A DNA stretch of 64,000 nt from Candidatus Zambryskiibacteriota bacterium (GCA_003233455.1 QILQ01000043.1:442-64441), one strand, 5' to 3'. Shown: positions 29,173-39,094, counted from the stretch's first letter. Translations and numbers: made by a program. The notes: generated by a model from the sequence alone, not told the origin.

Positions 29173-29708
29173 ATGAGTAAACAACAAATACAAGAAAGTA
29201 GAAATTGGTATGCCATCCATACTTATTCCGGTTATGAGAATGCGGTAACCAGAAACCTTATGAGTCTTTAGGTATGGAAGACAAAATTTTTGATGTTATT
29301 GTCCCAACTGAAAAAAAAATAAAAATAAAAGGTAATAAAAGAGTTGAAGAAAAAGAAAAAATTTATCCTGGTTATGTTTTGGTGAATATGATTGTTACCG
29401 ATGATTCATGGTATGTAGTCAGAAATACACCAAGAGTGACTGGTTTTGTTGGTGCTGGGGTTTTTCCGGTGCCTCTCGCTCAAAAAGAAGTAGATGAACT
29501 TTTTAAGAGAATGAATTCAGATAAAGTTAAACATAATATAGATTTATCTTTAGACGATGCTGTTAAAATTGTTGACGGACCGTTTAAAGATTTGGAAGGT
29601 AAAGTGGGGGAGGTGGATGAAGAAAGGGGTAAAGTCAAAATATTAGTGCCGATGTTTGGTAGAGAAACACCGGTAGAGTTGGATTTCTTGCAAGTGAAGA
29701 AGATTTAA
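29173..29708 (+). CDS. nusG: NusG, frameshifted near nt 29260
   Basis: MSKQQIQESRNWYAIHTYSGYENAVTRNL in one frame; ESLGMEDKIF..YPGYVLV..MFGRETPVELDF in another. Confidence 0.93.
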
Positions 29709-29834
29709 TTGACTTAATTTTTTATTTAAGTTAATATCATGTTTCGTCGAAAGCGAATTTGCAAAAGTTCTCGGGTCGCTTCTTACAGAGCTCAACCAGA
29801 CTTTTAAAATTCATTTTCGGCTTCACATTCAATT

Positions 29835-30260
29835 ATGGCAAAGAAAATCACCAAAAAAATAAAATTAGTTATAGCGGCAGGTAAAGCAACACCTGCTCCT
29901 CCTGTCGGCACTGCTTTGGGTCCGGCTGGTATCAACATCGGTGAATTTGTTACTAAATTTAATGAGGCTACCAGAGAGATGACTGGTGCTTTAGTGCCAG
30001 CTGAAATTTCTGTTTATGAAGATAGGACTTTTGATTTTATATTAAAAACTTCGCCTGCTTCAAGTCTTATTATGAAGGCGATTAACATTAAAAAAGGTTC
30101 GGGCAAAACTCCAGTTCAGAAAGTTGGATCCATTACTCGCCAACAATTGGAAGAAATTGCTCAAACAAAAATGGTAGACCTAAACGCCACCAATTTGGAA
30201 GCAGCTGTTAAAATTATCGTCGGCACTTGTCAAAGTATGGGAGTGGAGGTGAAGGGATAA
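29835..30260 (+). CDS. rplK: 50S ribosomal protein L11
   Basis: AGKATPAPPVGTALG. Confidence 0.98.
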   Translation: MAKKITKKIKLVIAAGKATPAPPVGTALGPAGINIGEFVTKFNEATREMTGALVPAEISVYEDRTFDFILKTSPASSLIMKAINIKKGSGKTPVQKVGSITRQQLEEIAQTKMVDLNATNLEAAVKIIVGTCQSMGVEVKG

Positions 30261-30318
30261 CCTCACCTCAACCCCTCTCCTTAATAAGGAGAGGGCACAC
30301 GAAGTGAGGGGTGAGGTG
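30259..30318. repeat. BoxC-like palindromic repeat between convergent genes
   Basis: acctcacctcaacccctctccttaataaggagagggc..ggggtgaggt. Confidence 0.88.
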
Positions 30319-30335
30319 AAAGTGTTTAAATAAAA

Positions 30336-31010
30336 TTATTTTTTCTTAATATCTTTATCATTATAAAGTTGAGGTAGCATGTTTTTAGGACTCCATTCTT
30401 TTATCATTTTTTTGATATTTTTTGTGGTTTGATATTTTCCTAATTTACTATAATCTTGGTCAAGAATTTCTCCAGTTTCAAAAAAAATAAGTTGAGCAAT
30501 ACGACGACCTACCACGAGAGGAATATAATAATGTTTGGAATTATTAGTAATCTCCATAGTCCAACGATTTATATAACCCACATCTCCCCAACCAGCACAT
30601 TTACAAACTTCAATAAAACTTCTTCCAAGAGAAGACCTTGCTTTCATCATAGTGGTAATATGATTTCGTCCACCTATAAATTCATTAGTATGAGCTAAAA
30701 TGGTTTCTCCCGGAGCAAGCATTATTACTTTATCTTTTGGAGATATATTTCCGAATTTAAATTTGTAATCTTTAAACACTTCATTGGCCTTTTTTGCTCG
30801 TAATGGAGTAGTTCCCCATACATAATCTACATGCTCTTTTTCGTATATATTGAAAATATTTTGGAAATGTTTTGGTGGTTGTTCAACAAAAAAATATTCA
30901 CCAAGAGTTAGGTCATAACTTGAGGTAGAAAGATTATTTTTTATGAATGGTTCAATAATTATATTGCCATTTTTTATTTCTTCAATTATTTTTTTATTAC
31001 TAAGTGCCAT
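30336..31010 (-). CDS. dcd: dCTP deaminase
   Basis: SYDLTLG, ARSSLGR, AGWGDVGY..WTMEITN, RIAQLIF, KYQ. Confidence 0.9.
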   Translation of the reverse strand: MALSNKKIIEEIKNGNIIIEPFIKNNLSTSSYDLTLGEYFFVEQPPKHFQNIFNIYEKEHVDYVWGTTPLRAKKANEVFKDYKFKFGNISPKDKVIMLAPGETILAHTNEFIGGRNHITTMMKARSSLGRSFIEVCKCAGWGDVGYINRWTMEITNNSKHYYIPLVVGRRIAQLIFFETGEILDQDYSKLGKYQTTKNIKKMIKEWSPKNMLPQLYNDKDIKKK

Positions 31011-31036
31011 AATTTTAATATTCTATACAAACATTT

Positions 31037-32569
31037 TTATCTTTTTTTTGATTTATTTTTTATTGATTCAAATATAAGAGGTTTATCTTGAATATACGGA
31101 ATATTTGTAGAAATTGCAATTTCTGCCTTCTGGAGTTCTGCTCCTATATCAAGAAGATGTTCTGGTAAGTTTACAAGTTCTAACTGGGCAATTTTTTTAG
31201 AAACTTCAATTGCTGTTTTCCCTACTATAGTTAATAGGTCGTCTCCACTTGGAGTTTTAAAATGGGCACTTATTTTATTATCTTTAATACTTATAATAAA
31301 GAGACCTCTTGGATCACCACTCACACTTGGGTCAAAACCAAGATAAGGTTCTCTTTTCCATAAAGAACATTGCACTAATTTTTTTGCATCAACCCATTCT
31401 GCTTCATATATATGAGCTGATTGAGAAGTAATTTGTAAACTTCCAATTTTTAATCCCGCTTGAGTGGCAATTTCTTTTTGTAAAGCTCTTAAACCAAAAG
31501 CATTTGGTATTGCTGCTTTAAAAATATCATGACTCCTAACTGTAACCAGTAAATGCATTTTTTTGTTTGTTTGAAGAACTTGGATTTGAGTTATACACGG
31601 TGGCTCTTTAGAGTCTTTGTCTATCCAAGGAACAAGAGTAGTAGCTACTCCACGTCGCGTATCTATAGAATCTTTTAATTCTTTAATTATAATTTCTTTA
31701 ATTTGATTAACCTCACTTTTAGCTCCAGGATATCTCATTAGTCTGTTTCCATATGTATATTTTACACCTTTCGGAGTATCTGGAGATAAGAAAATAGATT
31801 TATAATGATTAATTGATTCTTTATTTAAACCAATAGTTTGTTTTAAACTTTTTGGTAAGTCCATATTTAGATTTGGATTATCTGGATCTTCTTCTTCAAC
31901 AACCCATGTTACACCAATTAACTCTCTTTGTTGTGTTCCGTATTGTGTTCCTTTGATTGTGCCATAACGTATAATACGATCAACTACTCTTATCCAAGCA
32001 TCAGTTATGGTTTTTCCTCTAACAATAAAACCAACTTTTTCGGAAGGAAAAACATCTATAACTTCTGGTATTGCATCTTTAAATCTAACAGATTTCATAT
32101 AGGGAGCTTCTTTACTTTCTAAAAGTTTTTTTGCTACTGTATGAATTTTTGGATCTGATAATTCTTTTAAACTAACATTTTTTATAATCTTATTTACTAT
32201 ATCTACATCTATTTCTTTTTCTATCTTGAAATCAATTCCCGGTATCTCTCTTTTTTTGTTTATTCCTTTTTTCCACAATTTAAGTAAAATTTCTTTACCA
32301 GAAACTCCAAAAGGACTGCAGGATAAAGCACCATTATTCCAAATGTATAAATTACGTATTTGAGGATTTAAAGCTAGATTTCTCAATATTATATTAACTC
32401 CTTGTCTACTATATAAAGTGCCTACAATTGCAGAACGTTTTAAAATATCAGGACATTCCTTTATAATTTTTTCTGGCTCATTCCAAAGAGTGCAAAAACC
32501 CGCACTTTTACCTTTACCTAATATTACTTTGTATTTATTAGATTGGTATAATTTTTCAGAAGTAATCAT
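31037..32569 (-). CDS. Thymidylate synthase-family protein with N-terminal MtrA-like and C-terminal DUF4346 domains
   Basis: TS core YTYGNRL, PPC, RSHD..PN, SAHIYE; N-terminal CTLW..GTLYS..GVNIILRNLALNPQIR; C-terminal DPRG.F..H..IGAELQKAE..YIQD. Confidence 0.85.
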   Translation of the reverse strand: MITSEKLYQSNKYKVILGKGKSAGFCTLWNEPEKIIKECPDILKRSAIVGTLYSRQGVNIILRNLALNPQIRNLYIWNNGALSCSPFGVSGKEILLKLWKKGINKKREIPGIDFKIEKEIDVDIVNKIIKNVSLKELSDPKIHTVAKKLLESKEAPYMKSVRFKDAIPEVIDVFPSEKVGFIVRGKTITDAWIRVVDRIIRYGTIKGTQYGTQQRELIGVTWVVEEEDPDNPNLNMDLPKSLKQTIGLNKESINHYKSIFLSPDTPKGVKYTYGNRLMRYPGAKSEVNQIKEIIIKELKDSIDTRRGVATTLVPWIDKDSKEPPCITQIQVLQTNKKMHLLVTVRSHDIFKAAIPNAFGLRALQKEIATQAGLKIGSLQITSQSAHIYEAEWVDAKKLVQCSLWKREPYLGFDPSVSGDPRGLFIISIKDNKISAHFKTPSGDDLLTIVGKTAIEVSKKIAQLELVNLPEHLLDIGAELQKAEIAISTNIPYIQDKPLIFESIKNKSKKR

Positions 32570-32589
32570 TCTATGATAATATCATTATT

Positions 32590-33234
32590 ATGAAAAAAGG
32601 AAAATTTATTGTTTTTGATGGTAGTGATGGATCTGGTAAACAGACACAAGTTGCCCTGTTGAAATCTTACTTAAGAGAAAAAGGAGTTCTGGTTGAAACA
32701 ATTGATTTTCCTCAATACAAAAATAACTTTCATGGGAAAATTTTGAAAGCAGCTCTTCGGGGAGAGTTTGGGGATTTTATTTCTCTTAATCCTTATACTG
32801 CTTCACTTCTTTATACTGCTGATCGTTTTGAATCAGTAGGTAAAATCAAAGAGCTTCTTGAAAGAGGTTATACTGTGATTGCCGACAGATTTACAACTGC
32901 AAATATGATTCATCAAGGGGGTAAGTTTCCTGATACAAATGAGAGAGACAAGTATTTGAAATGGCTTTTAGGTTTGGAATTTGAGTATTTGAAATTTCCT
33001 AAACCAGATGCAGTTGTTTTTCTTAAGGTTCCGGTTGAAGTTTCTTTGAGACTTTTAGAAGATAAAAAAGGAAAAGATAAAGCAGAAGAAAGCACTTCTT
33101 ATCTTACTAATTCTCTTGTGTGTGCAGAAGCAATCGCGAAGAAGTATGGTTGGATTGTGGTGAATTGTGCACCTAATGGTGTAATGCGATCACGCGAATC
33201 AATTCATAAGGAAGTAGCGGGCTTATTTTTTTAA
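32590..33234 (+). CDS. tmk: Thymidylate kinase
   Basis: DGSDGSGKQTQ, FPQY, LYTADR, IADRF. Confidence 0.93.
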   Translation: MKKGKFIVFDGSDGSGKQTQVALLKSYLREKGVLVETIDFPQYKNNFHGKILKAALRGEFGDFISLNPYTASLLYTADRFESVGKIKELLERGYTVIADRFTTANMIHQGGKFPDTNERDKYLKWLLGLEFEYLKFPKPDAVVFLKVPVEVSLRLLEDKKGKDKAEESTSYLTNSLVCAEAIAKKYGWIVVNCAPNGVMRSRESIHKEVAGLFF

Positions 33235-33863
33235 TTCAAAATTTCTCCAGTTAAAGATTTTGGATTTTTTCCGTCCCAAGATATTTCGCCAGTTAAAACT
33301 TTTTCAGTGATGATGGGTTGCCAACGATGTTCAACTTCATTTACTCTTTTAGCTAAAGTTTCAATAGTGTCGGTTGGCAAAATTTTTACTTTTTGGCTGA
33401 AAAATAAAGGACCACGATCGTATTCTTCTGTTACAAAATGCATTGATACGGCCGAGTGAGATATATCTTCATTTTTATAGGCTTTTATCACTGCTTCATG
33501 AACATAATGTCCATACATTCCGGCACCACCAAATTTAGGTAAAGGTCCGGGATGAATATTGATAGTTTTTTGAGGGTCAAGACCAGTAACTAATTTGAGC
33601 CAACCAGACAAACAAACTAAATCTGTCCCTTTTGTTATTTCTTGATATTTTTCTGCTGTCCATGGTTTAGGGAAATGAATAAATTTGATACCAAGTCTGT
33701 CAGCTTTTTCTCTCACTCCACCATTTTTATGATTGGAAACTACCGCTGAAATTTCGGCGTTTAAAAGACCGCTTTGGCTGGCTTTGACCATATTTTCAAA
33801 ACCACTTCCACCTCCGTCTTTAGTGCCAGAAGCGAATATAATTATTTTTTTCATTTTTCCCAT
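33231..33863 (-). CDS. purN: Phosphoribosylglycinamide formyltransferase (PurN-like)
   Basis: IFASG..GSGF, INIHPGPLPKFGG.GMYG, HFVTEEYDRG. Confidence 0.85.
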   Translation of the reverse strand: MGKMKKIIIFASGTKDGGGSGFENMVKASQSGLLNAEISAVVSNHKNGGVREKADRLGIKFIHFPKPWTAEKYQEITKGTDLVCLSGWLKLVTGLDPQKTINIHPGPLPKFGGAGMYGHYVHEAVIKAYKNEDISHSAVSMHFVTEEYDRGPLFFSQKVKILPTDTIETLAKRVNEVEHRWQPIITEKVLTGEISWDGKNPKSLTGEILN

Positions 33864-33930
33864 ATGCAGACAAGTATAGCAAAAAAATAAGGATTGATAA
33901 ATTTTTGATAAATGGTAATATGTATAAAAT

Positions 33931-34188
33931 ATGAAAACTAAAAAGACAAAAAATAATAAAGTAATAAATTTACCTGTACTTATTGAGCAAGATGAAAACG
34001 GGATGTTTGTTGGATCTGTGCCATCTTTACGCTCTTGTTATACTCAAGGTAAAACTCTTGAAGAACTTTATAAAAACCTAGAAGAAGTGGTTGAGCTTTG
34101 TACTGAGGCAGATAAAGAATTTTTTGGAAATAAAATCTATAGCAATAAAATTATAGGATTTCAAAATCTTTCTTTTTCACTTCGTTAA
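33931..34188 (+). CDS. HicB-family antitoxin
   Basis: IEQDENGMFVGSVPSLRSCYTQGKTLEE. Confidence 0.9.
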   Translation: MKTKKTKNNKVINLPVLIEQDENGMFVGSVPSLRSCYTQGKTLEELYKNLEEVVELCTEADKEFFGNKIYSNKIIGFQNLSFSLR

Positions 34189-34415
34189 TGTCACATTTAT
34201 CACCAATTTCACCAAAAAAACTCATAAAACTTTTAAAAAATGAGGGCTTTGTTTGTGTTAAAATAAAAGGAAGTCATCATTTTTTCTTGAATAATATTGA
34301 TAAAAGAACTACTTCTGTACCACTGCACGGTAATAAAGATATTGGGGTGGGACTTTTGCATAAGATTATTAAAGATATAAAAATGTCTGTTGAAAATTTT
34401 AAAAAGAAATTATAA
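34188..34415 (+). CDS. HicA-family toxin
   Basis: GF..IKGSHH..VPLHGNKDIGVGLL..I. Confidence 0.92.
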   Translation: MSHLSPISPKKLIKLLKNEGFVCVKIKGSHHFFLNNIDKRTTSVPLHGNKDIGVGLLHKIIKDIKMSVENFKKKL

Positions 34416-34454
34416 AAGTGGAGTGTCCTAATTGGGGGGTGAATTTAGCCTAAT

Positions 34455-34556
34455 TGTAATTTTTTTGGAATACCACCTGAACCAGAACCACACAATGCTT
34501 TAAATGGTGCTATGACAGCTTATGAACTTTTTAAAAAATTAGAAAATAATGTTTGA
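34455..34556 (+). pseudogene. C-terminal fragment of a DEDDh-like 3'-5' exonuclease
   Basis: CNFFGIPPEPEPHNALNGAMTAYELFKKLENNV* resembles the ExoIII HxAxxD(A) region; no start codon. Confidence 0.55.
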
Positions 34557-34580
34557 CATAAATTAACCGTTGTATATACT
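34553..34580 (+). promoter_or_regulatory. TA module promoter
   Basis: TTGACA-16 bp-TATACT; ATG follows after 9 nt. Confidence 0.7.
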
Positions 34581-34589
34581 TTAGATAAT

Positions 34590-34853
34590 ATGAAAACTGT
34601 ATTAAATGTAAAAATGCTAAAAAAGGAAGCACAAAAAATTGCCAAAGAGGCTGGTATTCCTCTGAGTCTTGTGGTAGATAATGGATTGAGAAAATTTGTA
34701 GCTCGCAGAGCAATTACCGTTGAAGCGCCACTTATTCCAAATGCAAAAACTGCCAAGATTTTGGATAGAGTTTTGAAAGATATCAAAGAGGGAAAAAATA
34801 TTGAAGGACCATTCTATTCTGTAGAGGAATTTATGAAAGGTCTTAAATCCTAG
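34590..34853 (+). CDS. RelB/DinJ-like antitoxin
   Basis: MKTVLNVK..AQKIAKEAGIPLSLVV; DIKEGKNIEGPF. Confidence 0.85.
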   Translation: MKTVLNVKMLKKEAQKIAKEAGIPLSLVVDNGLRKFVARRAITVEAPLIPNAKTAKILDRVLKDIKEGKNIEGPFYSVEEFMKGLKS

Positions 34854-34862
34854 CTTTGAATT

Positions 34863-35126
34863 ATGTTGCTCGTTTACAGGCACAAAAAATTTTCTAAGGA
34901 ATTTAAGAAGCTTCTTAGGGTTGTTCAAGAAAAATTTGAGCAAAAAATAGGAATTTTTGTCATAGATCAGTATTCGGTTGGATTTAATAACCATGGTCTA
35001 AAAAGGAAATATAACGGTTGTAGGAGTATTGATATTACTGGAGATTATAGGGCAATATATTACATAAATAACAGTATTGCAATTTTTATCCATATAGGCA
35101 CTCATCATCAGCTTTATGGAAAATAA
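34863..35126 (+). CDS. YafQ/RelE-family toxin
   Basis: NNHGLK.KY.G.RSIDITGDYRAIY..IGTHHQLY. Confidence 0.88.
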   Translation: MLLVYRHKKFSKEFKKLLRVVQEKFEQKIGIFVIDQYSVGFNNHGLKRKYNGCRSIDITGDYRAIYYINNSIAIFIHIGTHHQLYGK

Positions 35127-36831
35127 TATGAAAATGAAAATTCAAGAAAAGATAAAAAATTGGATAGAAGAGACTTTAGAAATTAAAGGAAATTTTGCGC
35201 TTGCTCATCCAAAAAATATTAAAAATGGTGATTACTCATTTTTTTCTTCTGCTCAAAATCCAGAAAAGGATGTAAAAAAATTAAATGAAAATAAAATTCC
35301 AGAAATAGAAAAAATAGAAATAGTGGGGAAATTTGTAAACTTTTATTTATCAAAAAATTTTTTTGCTGGCTCTATTGAAGAAATAAATACAGAAAAAGAA
35401 AATTTTGGAAAAAATAACTTACTTGAGCACCAGAAAATAATGATTGAATATACTGATCCTAATGTATTTAAACCTTTTCATATTGGACATTTAATGAGTA
35501 ACGCGATTGGTGAATCTTTATCAAGAATTTATGATTTTTCTAAAAATGAAGTAAAACGCGTTAATTATTTTAGTGATATTGGTCTTGGAATCGCTAAAGC
35601 TGTTTGGGGAATGAAAGCTCTTTCAAGTGAAATTCCAAATGATGATGAAAATATTGTGACTAAGACTACTTTTTTAGGAAAAGCTTATGCTTATGGAGTT
35701 AGTCAATCAAAAGAAAACCCAAGAATTGAAACCGAAGCTCGTGAAATAAATAAAAAAATATATAACAAAAGTGACTCAGAAATAAATTCTTTATATCAAA
35801 AAGGTAGAGATTGGAGTATTGAACATTTTGAACATTTATATAAAAAACTTGGAAGCAATTTTGATTATTTTATCGCCGAAAGTGAAGTAGCTATTTCTGG
35901 GAAAAAGATTGTTAAGGAATGGTTTTCTAAAGGATTGTTTATAGAAAGTGAGGGAGCGATAGTTTTTCAAGGAGAAAAATATGATAAAAAACTTCACACT
36001 AGAGTTTTTATAACTAAAGATGGCTTGCCTACATATGAAGCGAAAGAAATAGCGTTAATCTTAAAGAAAGAAGAAATTTTTAACGCTGATAAATCTATAA
36101 TAATTACTGCCAATGAACAAAATGATTATTTTAAAGTTGTTTTAAGGGCGATCAAAGAAATATCGCCAGAGATTGAAGCAAAAACAAAACATCTTTCTCA
36201 TGGGATGATGAAATTACCAACAGGCAAGATGTCTTCGCGAACCGGAGAAATAATCACTGCCGAAGCCTTGATTGATAAAACAAAAGAAAAAGTTTTTGAA
36301 AAAATAAAAGATAGAGAATTTAATGACAAAGAAAAAGACGAAGTAGCTGAGATTATAGCCATAGGGGCTATCAAGTATTCAATATTAAGGCAGGCGATTG
36401 GAGGAGATATTATTTTTGATTTTGATAAATCAATTTCTTTTGAGGGAGATTCTGGACCATATCTTCAATATACTTATGTTCGAGCAAGTTCGGTTTTAAA
36501 GAAAGTTGAAAAGATAGACTTAAAAAAATTAGAACACACTTCAAAAAAGCCAAGGGGAACCCTTGACACTTGGAAGACGACAGAACTGGAAAAGTATTTG
36601 TATAGATTTCCAGAGATAGTAGAAAGGGCAGGAAAGGAATATACGCCACATCATATTGTTACTTATCTAACCGAATTAGCCAGCATTTTCAATAGTTTTT
36701 ATGCTAAAGAAAAAATAATTGATGAAAAAGACCCCAATTCTCCTTACAAAATTACTCTAACTGAAGCAGTGGCTCATATTCTTAAATCCGGCCTTTATAT
36801 TCTCGGTATCAAAGTGCCTGAGAGAATGTAG
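35116..36831 (+). CDS. argS: Arginyl-tRNA synthetase
   Basis: PNVFKPFHIGH, KMSSRTG, GDSGPYLQY, FNSFY, LGIKVPERM. Confidence 0.97.
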   Translation: MENNMKMKIQEKIKNWIEETLEIKGNFALAHPKNIKNGDYSFFSSAQNPEKDVKKLNENKIPEIEKIEIVGKFVNFYLSKNFFAGSIEEINTEKENFGKNNLLEHQKIMIEYTDPNVFKPFHIGHLMSNAIGESLSRIYDFSKNEVKRVNYFSDIGLGIAKAVWGMKALSSEIPNDDENIVTKTTFLGKAYAYGVSQSKENPRIETEAREINKKIYNKSDSEINSLYQKGRDWSIEHFEHLYKKLGSNFDYFIAESEVAISGKKIVKEWFSKGLFIESEGAIVFQGEKYDKKLHTRVFITKDGLPTYEAKEIALILKKEEIFNADKSIIITANEQNDYFKVVLRAIKEISPEIEAKTKHLSHGMMKLPTGKMSSRTGEIITAEALIDKTKEKVFEKIKDREFNDKEKDEVAEIIAIGAIKYSILRQAIGGDIIFDFDKSISFEGDSGPYLQYTYVRASSVLKKVEKIDLKKLEHTSKKPRGTLDTWKTTELEKYLYRFPEIVERAGKEYTPHHIVTYLTELASIFNSFYAKEKIIDEKDPNSPYKITLTEAVAHILKSGLYILGIKVPERM

Positions 36832-36869
36832 ATAAAATATACAATATTCCTTGTTTTAATTTTTTTAGA

Positions 36870-36897
36870 TTGACAATATAGGGTTATTTGATAGTAT
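36870..36897 (+). promoter_or_regulatory. rpsS operon promoter
   Basis: TTGACA-16 bp-TAGTAT, followed by the hairpin aagctc-taag-gagctt. Confidence 0.65.
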
Positions 36898-36947
36898 TGT
36901 GAGCAAGCTCTAAGGAGCTTTTAATTTGCAAAAGAAATAAACAGATT

Positions 36948-37289
36948 ATGTCACGATCACTTAAAAAAGGCCCTTATGTTGATGAAAGGGTGCTCAAAAA
37001 AATAGAAGGCAAAAAACCTGCAGATACTGCGGTTATTAAGACTTGGTCTAGAGCTTGTGCTATTGCTCCTGAGATGATTGGTTTCACTTTTGGAGTGCAT
37101 AATGGCAGGGAACATATTGAAGTTTTTGTCACAGAAGATATGGTTGGTCATAAACTTGGAGAATTTTCTTTGACTCGCAAATTTATAAAACATGGAGGTA
37201 AGATGCAAAAAGAACTTGAAGCCAAGAAAAAAGAAGATGAAATAAAAGCGGCTAAATCCGCTAAAGCGACATCTGAATCAAAAAAATAA
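36948..37289 (+). CDS. rpsS: 30S ribosomal protein S19
   Basis: [24 protein letters not shown]. Confidence 0.98.
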   Translation: MSRSLKKGPYVDERVLKKIEGKKPADTAVIKTWSRACAIAPEMIGFTFGVHNGREHIEVFVTEDMVGHKLGEFSLTRKFIKHGGKMQKELEAKKKEDEIKAAKSAKATSESKK

Positions 37290-37404
37290 GTTAAACATAC
37301 AAATATGCAAATGATGCAAATAATACAAATGAATGCTAATCCATATCCAAATTATATTCGTAGTTATTCGTTGATTAGTATAATTAGTAGATTGGTATAT
37401 TAAA
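37289..37404. repeat. 116-bp element D, copy 1 (inverted arrays of ~9-nt units)
   Basis: One mismatch versus 39750-39865. Confidence 0.93.
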
Positions 37405-37797
37405 ACGGCACAATTAAATAGCTATAGACAATCTCCCAGAAAAGTGAGATTAGTAGCCGATACCATTAGAGGTATATCTACCAAAGAAGCTAGAATTAAA
37501 TTGGATTTTATAACTAAACGAGCCGCTGGTCCGTTAGGTAAACTTCTAAACTCCGCTATTGCTAACGCGAAAAATTTAGGTGCTGATATGGATAATCTTT
37601 GGATTAAAACTATTACTGTTAATGGTGGCAGAATATTATACAGACGCAGACCAGTTTCTCACGGCTCGGCTCATCCTATTCGTAAACGCACTTCGCGTAT
37701 TACTGTTGTTTTGGCGGAAAAACAAAAAACCGCAACTCAAAAAACCAAATTAGAAGCTGAAAAATTCGCGCTTAATCAACCAACAAGTAAAAAATAA
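37399..37797 (+). CDS. rplV: 50S ribosomal protein L22 (canonical start codon missing)
   Basis: IKTAQLNSYRQSPRKVRLVAD..LLNSAIANA..IRKRTSRITV; in-frame stop at 37381 and no ATG before the conserved N-terminus. Confidence 0.92.
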   Translation: MKTAQLNSYRQSPRKVRLVADTIRGISTKEARIKLDFITKRAAGPLGKLLNSAIANAKNLGADMDNLWIKTITVNGGRILYRRRPVSHGSAHPIRKRTSRITVVLAEKQKTATQKTKLEAEKFALNQPTSKK

Positions 37798-37801
37798 AAT
37801 T

Positions 37802-38461
37802 ATGACTCACACAGTACACCCATATGCTCATAGATTAGGTATTATTCGCGATTGGAAATCGCGTTGGTTTGAGGTGAAATCCAAATATAAAGAAAATTTA
37901 AAAAAGGATGTCCTAATTTTTGAATATCTTAAAAAGCGTCTAAAAGGATTTTTTGTAAATTCTATTGAAATTGAAAGAAGTGTTAAAACTTTTAGAATTA
38001 TTATTGAAACCTCTCGTCCCGGACTTATTATTGGCAGAAGTGGCGAAGGTATGAATAAACTTAGAGAAGACATTATTCATTTTATAAAGAAACGCGATTT
38101 AAATTCTAGAGAAGAATTAAAAATAGATGTGAAAGAGGTAAAATCACCGGAATCAAATGCTATGATAGTAGCTCAAATGATAGCTGAAGGGCTTGAAAAA
38201 AGAATGCCTTTCAGAAGGGTAATGAAAACTATGATTGAAAAAGCTTTTGCTAATCGTGATGTAAAAGGGGTTAAAATTTCTCTTTCTGGTATGCTTGGTG
38301 GTTCAAAAATGGCTAGATTAGAGTCTAAAAAGATTGGTCGAATTCCTTTGCAAACATTACGTGCCGATATTGATTATGCAAAATATGAAGCTCTTCAACC
38401 ACTTGGAAAAATCGGCATAAAAGTTTGGATTTATAAAGGTGAGATTTTTGATAAAAAATAA
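37802..38461 (+). CDS. rpsC: 30S ribosomal protein S3
   Basis: HPYAHRLG, RPGLIIGR.G, PLQTLRADIDY. Confidence 0.98.
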   Translation: MTHTVHPYAHRLGIIRDWKSRWFEVKSKYKENLKKDVLIFEYLKKRLKGFFVNSIEIERSVKTFRIIIETSRPGLIIGRSGEGMNKLREDIIHFIKKRDLNSREELKIDVKEVKSPESNAMIVAQMIAEGLEKRMPFRRVMKTMIEKAFANRDVKGVKISLSGMLGGSKMARLESKKIGRIPLQTLRADIDYAKYEALQPLGKIGIKVWIYKGEIFDKK

Positions 38462-38473
38462 TTCTTAATTATT

Positions 38474-38893
38474 ATGTTATTTCCTAAAAAAATTAAACAT
38501 AGAAAGTGGCAAACTATGCGCAAGAATCCTAAAAAAGTCGGACCGGCAACTCGTGGCATCAAAGTATCTTTTGGGTCGTATGGTCTTAAAGCAATGACTC
38601 CTGGCAGAATTACTTCCAATCAGATTGAATCTGCCAGAAAAGCCATAACTAAATCTATAAGTAAAACTGGTAGAGTTTGGATACGCATTTTTCCTGATAT
38701 GCCTTTTACCAAAAAACCGGCGGAAGTGAAGATGGGTAAAGGTAAGGGAGATTTAGAGGGATATCACGCTAAAGTTTTATCTGGACAAATTATATTTGAA
38801 GTTGATGGAGCCTCAAATTCTTTATCTATTGAGTCTTTGCGTAAAGGTGGCACCAAGATGCCAATAAAAACTAGAATTGTGGCTCGCAATTAA
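38474..38893 (+). CDS. rplP: 50S ribosomal protein L16
   Basis: QIESAR, WIRIFPD, KMGKGKG. Confidence 0.98.
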   Translation: MLFPKKIKHRKWQTMRKNPKKVGPATRGIKVSFGSYGLKAMTPGRITSNQIESARKAITKSISKTGRVWIRIFPDMPFTKKPAEVKMGKGKGDLEGYHAKVLSGQIIFEVDGASNSLSIESLRKGGTKMPIKTRIVARN

Positions 38894-38906
38894 AATATTT
38901 AATTAA

Positions 38907-39089
38907 ATGAAAAAAGGATTATTAAAAAAGAATAAAGATGATTTAATGAAAGAATTAGACGAAAAACGTCTTTCTTTGCGCGATATTAGATTTGGTATTG
39001 CTGGAAGTAAAAGTAAAAATGTTAAAGAACAAAAAACAATAAAAAAAGATATTGCCAGAATAATGACTGAATTAAGAATTATGAATTAA
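38907..39089 (+). CDS. rpmC: 50S ribosomal protein L29
   Basis: IKKDIARIMT; operon position. Confidence 0.92.
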   Translation: MKKGLLKKNKDDLMKELDEKRLSLRDIRFGIAGSKSKNVKEQKTIKKDIARIMTELRIMN

Positions 39090-39094
39090 GAATT

